A stretch of 64,000 nucleotides of DNA from the NCBI GenBank assembly GCA_964016885.1, contig OZ024743.1:180420001-180484000 (forward strand), in the 5' to 3' direction. A model generated the notes under the pieces. It was not told the origin of the DNA and did no database searches. It saw only the letters and a program-made list of their open reading frames with translations. Below, piece after piece: positions 14,771-28,486 of this stretch. Positions within the stretch are counted from its first letter, which is position 1. Every line of letters begins with the position of its first letter. Made by a program: the position numbers and the translations under genes. Source of the stretch: Eledone cirrhosa (taxonomy: Eukaryota).

Positions 14771-16992
14771 CCGTTTTTTGAGGATAATCTAATAGACATT
14801 GTTACGCATAGATACACATGAGAAGATAGAAACGTTCATTTAGACACACATATTGATATGCACACAATCACCCTTATCCACATCTTATTTCAAAACAACG
14901 ACCAGAATCTACTATGCACAAGCTACCTTACAAAGGTATTGCAATACGCATTGAATCGCATAAATACACATGAATAGACGAAAGATGTATATACACTATT
15001 TTCATTTAGATATGCATATTAATATACACACAAACACTCATGCAAACTTCGAGACAGTTGGTGTTTCCTTGATAATAAACTATGAAATTTACTCCCAGGT
15101 ATTCAAAACCTGATATTTTATCTTCTAAATCAGTAAAACAAAAATGTTTTCTCTTTTCCTCTCTTGCGTACGGAATCCTTATGTGTACACGATGACCTTA
15201 TCCGTCGATTTCTATTTTGAATGAAATATATATTTAAATTACTTACTAGGTAAATTAAGTTAAGGAGTGTTATTGCGAAAGTCCTGCGCATATTTATAAT
15301 TTTGATTCTGAATTAATTGAAATTTCGTTCTTAGTTGGGAATTAAACAAAAACCTAGTGGCAATGGTTAGCAACTCTCGATCAAAAGGGGAGATAATTTC
15401 AAGTTTTTTTAGAATTTCATTAAATGAATATTACATTGTTCGAGGAATATTTTATCTTCGTTTACTGTCAAGGGGACAACGTGTGCGCATATACTTCTTT
15501 TTTATGGTACATCTTCCGTCAGTTTCGGCGATGATCATTCAGTTGTTTGATCAAAACTTTAGATTAACATGATAGTATTCCACAGACACTGTTCGTAATT
15601 TCTATCCCAAATCAGTAGCGAAACATGATATAAGACTAGGATGGGACTTTGCATTAGTGGTACACTCCCTCTGAAAGGCTTCCACAGAATTTCCCTGAAC
15701 AAAATGTCACACGCAAGGCTTGGGTCAACCCGATGATATGGGACAGACACATACGTATGAAGTCACGCAGCTGGTTTGTAACCAGAAACTCATGATCGCG
15801 AAGAACACTTCTTAACTCCTCAGGCGTACCGGTCTTAAGGAAGGACCTTGTTATAGTATAGTGTATTGAAGACCATTGAAATGAGATTAACACCAGTAGT
15901 TAATTATAGAAACACGTTTAGGAAGATATGTAGAGTATTTATTTTGCTATACTTAACATTATTGGGAGTATTAATAACAATAATATTTCTGCAGAATTTA
16001 TTCAAAATGAAAATAAGAAGAGTATTGTTGTCTAGTACAAACTTTTGTTAAAATTATCATTCTTCATATACACTTATTTATATTTATCTGATGTGTTTAT
16101 ATATATATATAGTTGGAAATTTCATAAGTTTTTATTCATTTTACCTTTGTTGTCCATGGTGTAAACAGAGGATATGTCCAGTATAAGAAATCAGATTTAT
16201 ATTGGTAATTGGCAATTAGACGTAAAGTGGAAAATTGACTATTATTTATCCATTGTTATATAACATCTCTCTGTAAATCATAACCAGAAATCTAGCGATT
16301 TATGTATTATTCTTAATGTTGTCTGAATATTAACTCTTGTGGCTTCCCCTAATACATAATAATGTGTAAATTCGGTGTTGCTGGTCTATAGACTATTCCT
16401 TATCAACAAATACTATAAATATTATCAGGAAATACAGAACACTTTATTCTGTGCCATTGGCATTTAAGTGTTTTGAAGAGAATGACAATCACGGAGGCTT
16501 TACCCCATATGTGTTTCAGTTGTGCAGTCAATGAACCTATCGAAACTAAATTCTAATATGTAAGTAAAATGTTAGTTCATATACTCCTCTCAACTACGCA
16601 CCCAAAATCACTGGTGCGTCTCAGCCGATGAGCATCCTTGCAAATTCTCTCTGATTAAATAGAACTTTAAAGTTTTCCGACATGTCTTAAATGTTGTTTC
16701 AAAATATAACTTCAACGCGTTCAAGAAAGCAAGGAGAAACTTACAATAGTTACAGGCAAATAGAAGAGATGAAGTTGCTCCTCCCACAAAAAGAAAAAAA
16801 AGAAAACATACATCTTCTTCATTTACTTTACCCACTTATTTCTGAGAGGGTTGGGGGGGGGGGGGGGGGGCTAGTCCTCAAACACCCTTCTAGCGGGTCC
16901 TGTCAGAAGCACCCGTCTCTAATTGATCTGGCTGGATCTCCAAGTGAGACCAGCCGAGCTCATGGATGTTAACTAGCTATTTTAGTCGGGAT

Positions 16993-17175
16993 CTACTCAT
17001 GGGTCTCTTGCAGGTAGGTTTTGTCCCGCATAATATGTCCTACCATTCTTTCTCGGGACATTCTAACAGCATGCCCATAGTATCGGAGCTGTGAACTCTC
17101 AATTCGGAGAAATAGCAGCTCTACCTGGAGTGATTCTCTGATTTCCAAACTATGCAATCTATCGAGTAGCGTTAC
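16993..17175 (-). mobile_element. RTE-clade LINE C-terminal fragment
   Basis: LLDRLHSLEIRESLQVELLFLRIESSQLRYYGHAVRM matches the RTE 'LRW.GH..RM' region. Confidence 0.65.
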
Positions 17176-17660
17176 CGAAGGACGCTTCGGAAGAACCCGG
17201 GAGTGGCAAATATATATAACTTTAAAATATTTAAACACAACGTAATTCTCAGATAGTATCAGCATGATATTTTGGACATGGCTTAGGTATTAAAATCGGA
17301 GATAAATCTAATCCAATAAGCATTTTTGTAATTCTTCACGAATCCTTCTCATCCAGCTAGACGCTATCCTAGATTTGTTCAACGTATTGACAACGGGTCA
17401 TGTGTTTTTAATCATTCCCAAAGCACCCATTATTGTATGTAGCGTTTTCTGTTAGACCTGCCCTCCCAACCTGCCTATTTCAATTTTCAGAATACTTATA
17501 GTTAGATAGTTTCCTAAATTTAGGGGTGATATACCTGATTGTCAGTTGTAAATGATACTTTTCATAGGAGTCACACACTTTTATTTTGTGATCCTTCCTA
17601 ACAACATAAAGATGATTAGCTTTAAACTTCATATGTTTATATATGATGTTTTGGTGATAG

Positions 17661-17784
17661 ATTATGGTGAGAATGCAGTTTCGGAAAGAACTAGAAATCG
17701 GGCCAGTAAGATGTTTCTGGACCCACATAACAGCTTGATGACAGCTTATGCTCAAACTTTTATTGAACGGTCAGAATACTTTAG
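17661..17784 (+). CDS. Possible internal exon of an unidentified host gene
   Basis: Non-repetitive open frame (D)YGENAVSERTRNRASKMFLDPHNSLMTAYAQTFIERSEYF(R) between ...gatag and gtatgg. The polypyrimidine tract is weak. Confidence 0.25.
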
Positions 17785-19199
17785 GTATGGAAAATATGAA
17801 AACATTTCTTAATCTGTTTAGACAATCTTAACGGACTAATGTGAACGTGGAAATGTCGAGGTGGAGCTATTTAGGGTTTAGGAACCAGAGCAGACTCGAT
17901 CACAAGCCGCAGCAAATTATTATTATATTTTGCTTGATTATTATAATAGTGCACAAATCAAGGCACTTAAATGTATATCTAATGCTATATGCAGACATCT
18001 CCCTACAATTCAAACATTCTTATTATGTTGGTTGAGGTGAAAAATTAAGAACTGCAATAAATTACTTTGTCAAAGTTTCAGCTAAAGAAAATGATTTACT
18101 ACCACATCAACCAGATCACAAGCATCTCACAAAATCGAGATACAAATGACGATTGTTTTTAATATGGAGTTTGTTTTTAAGGGAGAAAACCCCAAGAGTT
18201 AATCTGTTGTGTTATCTAAGAGAGAGTGTATTGTAGCAATTCTCTAGGAGCAACATACCAACTTTTGTAGTTTGTATCTTACCAAAGACTATTCAATGAG
18301 AAAAACTCAATTCTTTTAATTGGAAATGATTTCGTCAATAGATTTCAAGTAGTTTATTAGGAAAATAAAAGAAATATTTTTATTTTAAGTTTGTATCATT
18401 ATTTTTATATTTTCTTAAATTGCTTTTAAGACGGTTTGAATAAGATATTGTGTGAAATCTTTCATTTAATATCTTGTCAATGAATCTTTTAGTGGTTTTA
18501 TTATCACTTGTTGTAACATGTTCTACAATTTAATAGCTCTCTTATTAAACGTGTAGTTCATTTCACTTTGGGACTTCTTTCACTGTTATGTTGATTCATT
18601 ATTTGATTCCTGCACGATGATCAATTGTGTATTAGGTTCAAACATAATCAATAAAAAATAAACAGAATAAAATGGCTGTCAGCTGCAAACGAGCCGATAT
18701 TACGTTCTTATGTTTATATAACCTATTTCACACTTTAAACAGTTTATCTCACCTTCTTTTACCCAAATATGTGAATGAAATCAGCTCCTGCCTTAGATTA
18801 TTTTTCTGATACACTATGCTCAATTTTTGCAAATATCATTGTTTCTACTTTTTGGCACAAGGCCAGCAATTACCAGTGCATTACTGGTACTATCTAGATT
18901 TGTGACTACATTTTAAAAGTATATATACTCAAATTAACGTAGAAATTCTAAACACTGACACAAGTAATTGAGGCTAGACACATATTTTCCACTACAGAGA
19001 GTCTACAGTGACTAATTAATACATTAATTAAACAGAATTTGTAAAGTAACGTTATAACGTTTGGTTACAATAAAATATAAGAATAAATTAGTATAGTTGT
19101 TGTATTAAAGACTATTGAAAAACAGAAGAATAGAGGGTAAATGAGTGAAACTAGAAGTAGCATTTAGAAAAGATATCGCGGTCAACGTGCTGGTGATAA

Positions 19200-19600
19200 T
19201 GGTCTTTGATATAGGCAGAAGACCAACAATTTGAGGGGAGGAGAAAATCGTTTAAATCGCCCCCAGTGCGTTACTTTATGTTGTCGACCCTGTAAGGATG
19301 AAAGGCAAAGCTAACCTCGGTGGGATTTGAAATAAGAACATAAAGTGAAGTAACTATATGCCGTAAAGCATGTTGTCTGACGCTCTACCGATTACTGCGA
19401 ATACACCGCGCTAATTGGCTTCTGAATTAGGCACAAGGCCAACAATTTTGAGGGGAGGAGAAAGTCAATTAAAACGAACCCAATGCGTTACTGGTACTTT
19501 ATTTTATATCGACCCCGTAAGGATGAAAGGCAAAGTTAACCTCGGCGAGATTTGATCTCAGAATGTAAAGGGACGTAACTACATGTCGCAAAGCATGTTG
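19200..19600 (-). mobile_element. Two tandem SINEs of the dominant family
   Basis: Two GACCC.GTAAGGATGAAAGGCAAAG.TAACCTCGG cores. Confidence 0.75.
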
Positions 19601-21799
19601 TTAACATGCTGTTGATATTGATAGATTCTTAACATTTCTTTGACACTAGATATAAAACCTACGTTGTTCATGCAAAGATATATATAGTCTAACTCTCTTG
19701 GTGAGTGTGATGAGAGACACGACGTTCGTTACAAATGTTTAACAACATGCAGCAGAGATGTGGCTTTGTTTTTATATGTATGTATTGTATTGAAAGATTA
19801 TGAATTAGAGTTGTTAGAACAAAATAGAATACTTTGTGACACTCGATTTGGCTCTCAGCTCTCTGATTTTAAATCCTGCCAAGATCAACTGTGCTTTTCA
19901 TCAATTAGTGATCGATCAAATGAATCGATTCTTCCTCTTTCTCGCTTCCATTTTTTCACTTTCTCTGTCCTTCTCTGGAAGAAATCTGCTGTATTCAGAC
20001 CGGGAGAGGAGATGGGCTCTGCCAAGCTTTAAATATGCCATATAGACACCGTACGACTTTTTCAGGAGTTTCGGATCCATACATACATTGCATTGAAAAG
20101 ATTCTCTGTAATATCGATGATTTGAAAGTACCGTTAGAGAGTAGTGGTAAATATTGTACGTCATTTGTTCTAACTCTCTGTACTCTGAGTTCCAGTTCAG
20201 TGCGACGTCAACTGTGCTTTTCATCCTTTCCGGGTCAATAAATAAAGTACTAATCCCAGGTGTTCTAATGACTACATTGCTAGAGTGTCGGGCCTTGTCA
20301 TGTCTGTCCGGGTTCTTTTTTTTTGTCTCTTGCCTCCTGTCGAGAGAAAATATTAGAATGGTGCAGTGGAAGCACATCAGAGACCAGCTAACTCTGGAAG
20401 GTGTTAATCATAACAACACCATTTTCTGCAATATATAACGACAGGGACATTTTTGCATATTGTGAACATTTATAAATGCGGGTGATTACACTCGGGTCTC
20501 CCAAAATGGGGTGGGATGGAATAATCGGTGGAGATGATATAAGTGGGGGAGTTGGAATCAGTCGCAGGGTTGAAATAAGCAGGAGGGGGATCGGTAATTT
20601 GTTTAGTTGTTTAATAAGTGGGTGTGGAATAAGAGCGTCGTGCTGGAAAGAAATCTGAAAAATTATTAAGCGGTGAGGAGGGAGCATTATTGGAGATCTG
20701 AGAGTAATTCTAAAGTCATTTTTTGTTCAAATGTCCACGAGCAAGACCATGGACTCCAGACATTTCAATATTTTCTATAATTGTGTTTCTCTCCAGGCCC
20801 ATGAAGTTTGTTAATTATTCTTTGTTGGTATGTATTGATCTACGTAAAGCTGAAATCGAATGTTTGTCTTATTATTATCTAACAATTCATATTAGTTTCC
20901 CAACCTTACTAGATAATATTAACTACTATAGTAAATATTTTCTCATAGTTTTTTAATTGCAAATGAAGTTTTTGTCATAAATACAGCCTTTGTATTTGGT
21001 TCTCGGACAGTGTAGTCTAAATACAGATTAGTTTCCTTGTTTTTCAATTTAGTCTTACTAATTCACTTATCTCCTAAGTGAGAATATTCTAGCTGTAACC
21101 TATAACAGGAATAGCTAGTGAACTGAGAGCTTATTTTTGGCAAATAGTTTAGTTTTTCCTTATTAATCTAATGTGTCTCTCACCTTCCGTTTCTTTCAAT
21201 TGTGTATGTGTTGTGTTGTACTCTGATTTGATTTGTAAATCTGGCTATGGGCTAATCCTTTTTGTTCTTATTTTGCCTTTTATCTATTCAAAATGGAGGT
21301 TCCTGCTATTTCACGATTCCAATTTCAATCAGATTCTCCATTAAAACATTACATCGAATATCACAAGAGGTTGTTTTGTAACTGTAACACACATCTTGAG
21401 AATCTCTCTAGGCTAGAGATGGTTGATAGCAGTATAGTTGTATAGGTGACATGTTTAGTTCAACATGCTGGTTAAAGGAAGAGGCGAAGGGGAAATAGTG
21501 ATAATGCTAGAAATATTTCAATTATTGTGGGGATTGATTATTATTTTTGAACTGTTTCTCACGTCTGGACTTGAATAAATGTCTCCAAGTTCTCATATTT
21601 GATGTATCTCAAGCAACAGCTCTATGCACGTCAACATGTTTACTGAACCAAAGTTCTGTATCATTTGTTCGGAATATGCTTCGACAAATATCTCCAGATG
21701 GATAAAACCTGGAATGACGTTACTATAAATATAACCAGTCCCACTATTGAATGAGATTTTGATAAACAGCCTCATAGCTATCCGCCTCATTCGCTAGTA

Positions 21800-22040
21800 C
21801 GGATATGTCCTCTACTTTCCTCCAAATCATCCTACCACGACCTTACTCTCGTTCGTCTCAGCGGCTGCAGGCTGGAACAGGCCACATGGCAGGCCCCGCA
21901 CCAGATGACTGGATGTTATCAGTGAAGATCTCCGGAGACTCGACATCACCTTGGAGGATACAGAGCAGCTGGCACGGGACCGCCAGCGATGGAGGGCATA
22001 GGTGGATCTGGTTGGCTCTACGCATAATGATGCTTTTGGG
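21800..22040 (+). mobile_element. RTE-clade LINE 3' end remnant
   Basis: One frame reads GRPRTR*LDVISEDLRRLDITLEDTEQLARDRQRWRA, followed by an ATGATG tail. Confidence 0.65.
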
Positions 22041-22257
22041 ATCGCTGGCTTAGGATGACTCCGGCCTCGTCGAACAAGAGAAGAGATAGAAGAAGCAGTT
22101 GAAAACAGTACCTTAATATATTAATCGATCAGCTGTTTTATTGATACATATGGCCCTATTTTTGTATTTAGCTATGTATTATTTTAGAGAATTCATTAGA
22201 TATATATAAAATTTCTTATTAATGTTTTCTTTCGGGGAAATCTTATATTTTTATAAT

Positions 22258-22600
22258 TTAGGCACTTGGCTTAGTTGTTAGAGCACTGGGTTTGCAATCG
22301 TGAGGTTGTAATTTTGACTCTAGGTCAGAGTGAGGCGTTATGTCCTTGAGTAAGACACGTTATTTCATGTTGCTCCAGTTTACTCAGCAGTAGAAATGAG
22401 TTTCGACGTCACTGGTACGAAGCTTTATTGGTCACTGCCTTTCCCTTGGTTGGACATCATCGGTGGAGTGGAGAGGGGAGACTGGTATGCATGTATGACT
22501 GCTGGTCTTCCACAAACAACATTGCCCGAACTTGTGCCTCGGAGTGAAACATTCTAGCTGCAATTTCTATGGTCATTCGTGACCAAAGAGGCTCTTTAGC
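22258..22600 (+). mobile_element. tRNA-derived SINE, second family
   Basis: Homologous to 14452-14770. A-box-like TGGCTTAGTTG. Confidence 0.7.
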
Positions 22601-23204
22601 AGGAGCTTTTATTTATTGTCTCCTCTGGAAATTTTCAGTGACATGTGTTCTCAGTCACACCTTTATTTCGATTCTTCTCCCAGTAATATCTATAACGTTT
22701 ATTCATAAGAAAATTCCAGGCAATTCATATGCAAAAATTATGAATTTCCTTCCATTTACAGCCAAATGCAGTCAGGCTAAGCATATTGGCAGACTTGTGG
22801 AATGAAAGCTTCTTCCAGTAACTGTGTGATTCAGTTTTATGATTCCCTCTTCATGTTGTTACCTAGTTCATGGCTAATATTTCTAGAATCTGTGGGTGAA
22901 GATCAATGCTAAACGTATTATAGCCATAATATCCTCCAAGCTCAAATAATTAATTCATCTTCTGTGGTCATCCTTTCTAAATTATTTGATTAGAATATTT
23001 GTATATATGGAGAACAGATTTTCTTTTAGATGTGAATTAAAGAAATTAATTAATTTCCCCATTCAGCTTTTCATCCGTCTGTCTCTATACCTGCCTCGTA
23101 TTTGTCTGTCTTCTATGTCTATGTATCTGTCTACCTATCGATCGATCTATCTATCTATCTATCTACCTACCTACCTATCTATCTCTCTATCTCTCTCCCC
23201 CCTC

Positions 23205-23315
<111 letters not shown>

Positions 23316-23407
23316 ATGTATGTAAAAAGTACACAGAAATAACAACACAATCGGTACAGTATATGCAAGGGATATATTAGGTTAACGCTTGATATAGCAG
23401 GAAGAGG

Positions 23408-23445
23408 CTCTTAACGTTTCGGACTCTAGTCCTTCATCAGAAGAA
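23408..23445 (-). ncRNA. Ultra-minimal type I hammerhead ribozyme
   Basis: Reverse complement reads TTCTT-CTGATGA-A GGAC TAGA GTCC-GAAA-CG-TT-AAGAG. Palindromic AACGTT replaces stem III. A decayed sibling lies at 45692-45727. Confidence 0.75.
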
Positions 23446-23797
23446 AGAATGAGAAATAAGATAGATTGAGGGGACGAGCGGGATGGAATTGGAAAAAATG
23501 TCTTAGGATAAAAATAACAGGTCCATTCATGTTGACATCTCTTGCAAAACTGTTGGTGCTGGCGTTTTGTGTATGATTTATTTTTTAGAAAATTAGATGA
23601 TGGCGCGATCTAATAAATATGTTCAGTTACCATCCATACATTAACACTATCTTCAAAATTTGAAGACCGAAATTTCTTCATGGTTTTCAAATCTAGAAAA
23701 GCAAACAAGAAAAAGAGTTCTTACATCTATGTCTATCTATTTTTCTCGGGCTTAGTGTAATCATTCAAGCATGCAAACACAAACACACATACACACG

Positions 23798-23913
<116 letters not shown>

Positions 23914-24058
23914 GTTTCTGAATTTGTTTAGCAAGATTCTTTATCTGAAAACGTGTGTTGAAACCGATATTGTTATGCTTTGGGAGGGTCATGTTGCCAA
24001 TATACATATATATGTACATACATATATATATATATATGTACATACATATATATATGTA

Positions 24059-24181
<123 letters not shown>

Positions 24182-24338
24182 GACGAAACTCCACGGACTG
24201 GACCATAACATGTATTGTACTGCACTGAATTAACTAAATGGCTACCCTATACTTCTGGGTATGTATAACTCATACTGAACTCCCAGACTCGAACACACAC
24301 TGTTTCCACATCTATATGCATTATCTGACTGCAACTTG

Positions 24339-25030
24339 AACTATATTGTATTTCTCCTGTGTCTTGAACTCTCCATTTAATAGACAACGAATCTTGTTTG
24401 TTTATTTATATCTTTACATCTTTATTTGCTGTATTGATGCTCCTCCACGTATTCTACCTCTATACATCCATGTACTTTCTACTTCCCTTATTCGGACTTT
24501 TACTCGCGTGTACCCTCAGCACACGTCACTGGAATATTTCCCCCTGGGAACATAAATACCGCAACCAGAACTATATTGTATTTCTCCTGTGTCTTGAACT
24601 CTACATTTACTAGACAACGACTTTTGTTTGTTTATCTATATCTTCACATCTTTGTTTGCTGTATTAATGCCTTTCCACGTACTCTACCTCTATACATCCA
24701 TGTACTTTTTACTCCCCTTATTCGGACTTTTACTCGCGTGCACCCTTAGCACACGACACAGGATTGCCCCCCCCCCCCGGGAACATAAATACTGCAACCT
24801 GAACTATATTGTAATTATCCTATGTCCTGATTTCTCCATCCTACTCCAACACCACTCTTGTTGGTTTATTTACATGTTTATACCTATATATTGATATGTT
24901 TATATATTTATACCTCTGCTGTACCAATGTGCTCTTCCACGTATTCCACTTCTATGTATCCATGTATTTCTACTCCTCACATTGGGACCTGTACCCATTA
25001 GCACACGACACTAGAATGTCTCCTCCTGAG
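24339..25030 (+). repeat. ~231-bp tandem repeat, 3 diverging copies
   Basis: AACTATATTGTA..CCT.TGTC.TGA recurs at ~24339, ~24569 and ~24802. Confidence 0.8.
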
Positions 25031-25286
25031 AACAAAAATTAAACATTACACGACTATATCCCGTACTCTACATCCCACTAGGATAAATTACAGATCTACA
25101 TAATACAATTAACGTTTCTTCATAAAAGACTATTTAATTAAACCCCGCAACCCAAAACCTCATAGAAGTTATTTGAATGTTTAATCTTCAATTTTCTGTT
25201 TGTTCAATTCTCAATCCTCTTACTCCTTAGTTTTATAATGTTATTCTGAATTCTTTCAACTTCATCCGATAGAGTTAAGCAACATT

Positions 25287-26290
25287 CTAAAGCTCCAACT
25301 TTCTGTCGGACTGTTGGGTGGGTTTTGGCGGCGGCGCGACCAGCTCCCTGGCGAACGGGCTCACCTGGAGTGCTTGGAAAAATACATTTCCCCTTCTTTC
25401 GGTAAATGAAAATACTCGGCGTAGCTTAATTCGCCATGGGGCCCGGGGCGCGGCCGGTGTTTTAACCGCCAAATAGTACTTTTAAATTACAGAACAAATC
25501 GGAACTATTAGATATATCAACCTAAAACTGTTGAGCTTTAAATTCTCTAACCTCTTTAATATGGAATATTGATTATTAATTTTTTAACTTCATCCTATAA
25601 GTCTAAATATTGTAACACACTGATCCCCAATATATTCACCTCTGCGAAGATGCGAGTCCCTGTGAAAATTTTGTCGCGTCACTCCTGGCCCGACTGTGGT
25701 GTGACATTAATATCGACCTTCCTTCCTATCTTCCTCTCTTTCTATCTTCCTTCTTGTAGCTATCTTGTAGCTATCAACCATTACTCTTTTACTTCTCTAA
25801 GCAAAATTTTAAAGTTCCAACTTTCTGTCGGACTGTTGGGTGGGTTTTAATGGCGGCGCAACCAGCTCCCTGGCGAACGAGCTCACCTGGAGTGCTTGGA
25901 AAAATAAATTTCCCCTTCTTTCAGTAAATGAAAATACTCGGCGTAGCTTAATTCGCCATGGGGCCCGGGGCGCGGCCGGTGTTTTAACCGCCACATAGTA
26001 CCTTTAAATTACAGAACAAATCGGAACTATTATATAATTAAATGTTAAACTGTTGAACTTTGAATTTTCTAACCTCTTTAATATTGAATATTGATTATTA
26101 ATTTTTTTAACTTCATCCTAGAAGTCTAAACACTGTAACACACTGACTCCCAATATATTCACCTCTGCTAAGATGCGGGTCCCTGTGAACATTTTCTCGC
26201 GTCACTCCTGGCTTGACTGTGGTCTGACATTAATATCGACCTTTCTTCCTCTTTCTTTCTATCTTCCTTCTTGTAGCCATCAACCCTTAC
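25287..26290 (+). repeat. ~522-bp tandem duplication with a GC-rich self-complementary block
   Basis: 25287-25808 is repeated at 25809-26290; the twin ORFs 25287..25472 and 25809..25994 reflect this. Confidence 0.85.
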
Positions 26291-26682
26291 TTTTCTACTT
26301 CTCTCTTCCCTTCCTTCTCTTCTCCCCTACTCCTGTCTTCCTCCCGCAGACTTATCTTCCTTCCCCCTCTTGCTTGCCTATATCTGACCAGTAGTAGTTG
26401 CCTTTCTTCTTTTAGCTGACATTAACCATGGCTTCTCTTCTTCTTTCTTCTCTCTCCTTCCTTTCTTTCTTTCTTTTACCTTGTGTCATGAGATCGACGT
26501 TAACTTATGCTCCCATCCCTTTCTGTTTTCGTTCATCTGACCGGTAGTAGCATACTATAAAATTTAGCCACGTCAGTCCAGGGCGACCGGCTGAGGTTGA
26601 AGGAACAGAATAGCGGTCGCCCTCGGGTCTCGATTTTCAGCCCCATGGATTTTACCTATTAAATTCACGTATTATATTTCGA

Positions 26683-26740
26683 ATACCTGATGATATCACC
26701 GGATTCATAGGGAACCCGGTCATTGAAATGATCATAGTAT
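26683..26740 (+). ncRNA. Type I minimal hammerhead ribozyme
   Basis: ATAC-CTGATGA-TATCACCGG..CCGGTCATT-GAAA-T GATC A-TA-GTAT, followed immediately by AATAAA. Palindromic loop 3. Confidence 0.8.
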
Positions 26741-26790
26741 AATAAACCTTTCAAGGATTTACACAAATCCAGCCTCCTGTCATTTCATTA

Positions 26791-26909
<119 letters not shown>

Positions 26910-27087
26910 GCACACACATATAAACATATATATATAAATCTATATATACATATGTACATAAATCTATATATACATCCCGAATTAAGCCGTACAGTGTCTA
27001 GCAAACCCTACAGTGTTTACAAACACACCGTGCATTATAATAAATGTTCGGTGAATCCATACGTACATATATATATATGTGTGCATG

Positions 27088-27139
<52 letters not shown>

Positions 27140-27363
27140 CTACTGTACGTCTGTATACATATATGTATGTACGTATATATACTTATATTTAAGTAACAGA
27201 GTACTAAGAGTAAGAAATGAAATTTCGTTTCATTTTTTCCGTTTATCGTTTTCGGTACCCCGGCCGATTAACTCACTCGATATGCAAATTAGGCTGCTCG
27301 GCCGTTAATATGCATAAGGAAAGTATATACTTTCATACGTTCAACCATCTGGCAGGAAGGTAT

Positions 27364-27406
27364 ACGTTGCTGACGATAGCTAATAAGCTTGAAACTAGTA
27401 CAGCGT
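27364..27406 (+). ncRNA. Type I minimal hammerhead ribozyme
   Basis: ACGTTG-CTGACGA-TAGCT AATA AGCTT-GAAA-CTAG-TA-CAGCGT. GUA site, ACTAGT palindrome. Confidence 0.85.
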
Positions 27407-27547
27407 CCCTTTGTCAGTGTTGAACAAATGAGCAACGATGGTTGCTAGACACCGTACGGCTTAATTCGGGATGTTTGTTTACAAAGACACCGAGCATTAT
27501 AATAAATGTTCGGTGAATCCATACGTACATATATATATGTGTGCATG

Positions 27548-27595
<48 letters not shown>

Positions 27596-28022
27596 CTACT
27601 GTACGTCTGTATACATATATGTATGTACGTATACATACTTATATTATATATATATTATATATATATATTATATTATATCATACATATTATATATATATAT
27701 ATATTATATATATATTATATATATATATATCATATATATATATTATATATATTTATATATAATATATATATATTATATATATATATTATATATATCATAT
27801 ATATATTATATATATATATATATTATATATATATATTTATATATAATATATATATATATTATATATATATGACTCCAGTCATATATATATATATATATTA
27901 TATACATATGACTCCAGTTCCCCAGTGAATTAACAACCCAACAAGAAACTGGGCATATCAGAGTATTGACAATATCATACACCTAAATAACATATGTACT
28001 TGTCTATACCAAACTAATTCAA

Positions 28023-28077
28023 ACTGCCTGAAGAGGTCACAGCCAAAGATGGCTGTCACTGAAATATATATAGCAGT
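28023..28077 (+). ncRNA. Type I minimal hammerhead ribozyme
   Basis: ACTGC-CTGAAGA-GGTC ACAGCCA AAGA TGGCTGT CACT-GAAA-T ATAT A-TA-GCAGT, then AATAAA. Confidence 0.85.
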
Positions 28078-28486
28078 AATAAACGAAGCTAAATTTTAAT
28101 CATTTGACTTTTATTTAACTTTATTTTACACTACTCCGGAGTAACCAAACCAACCTGCGCACTTCGTCGAGTGCTCCAGCCAGCATACTGAGGTGTTGGT
28201 ATACAACCAACATAAACTCAAAATCTATATATATTATATATATATATATTATATATATTTATATTATATATATATATATATCATATATATATATTATATA
28301 TATATATATTACATATATATATATTACATATAGACAAGGGCGGTGCCCCAGCATGGCCTCAGCCGGATGGCTGAAACAGGTAAAAGAGTAAATATATATA
28401 TATATTATATATATCATATATATATTATGTATATATTATATATATAGATAGTATATATATATATATCATATATAAGTATATTATAC

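Noticed and set aside
15559-15893. Non-repetitive, higher-GC ORFs on the minus strand
   Set aside because: No recognisable motif, and no convincing frame or splice pair can be chosen without a search.
19760-20032. 90-aa ORF that looks like an exon
   Set aside because: It overlaps a decayed dominant-family SINE core (CCTGCCAAGATCAACTGTGCTTTTCATC).
20470-20690. Possible APE endonuclease remnant (LPIPLLLI..SHPILGD)
   Set aside because: The key GDFN motif is absent and the resemblance is too weak.
25287-25994. Twin 61-aa ORFs MAVKTPAAPRAP...
   Set aside because: They use non-ATG starts and come from a GC-rich tandem duplication. No protein motif is recognisable.
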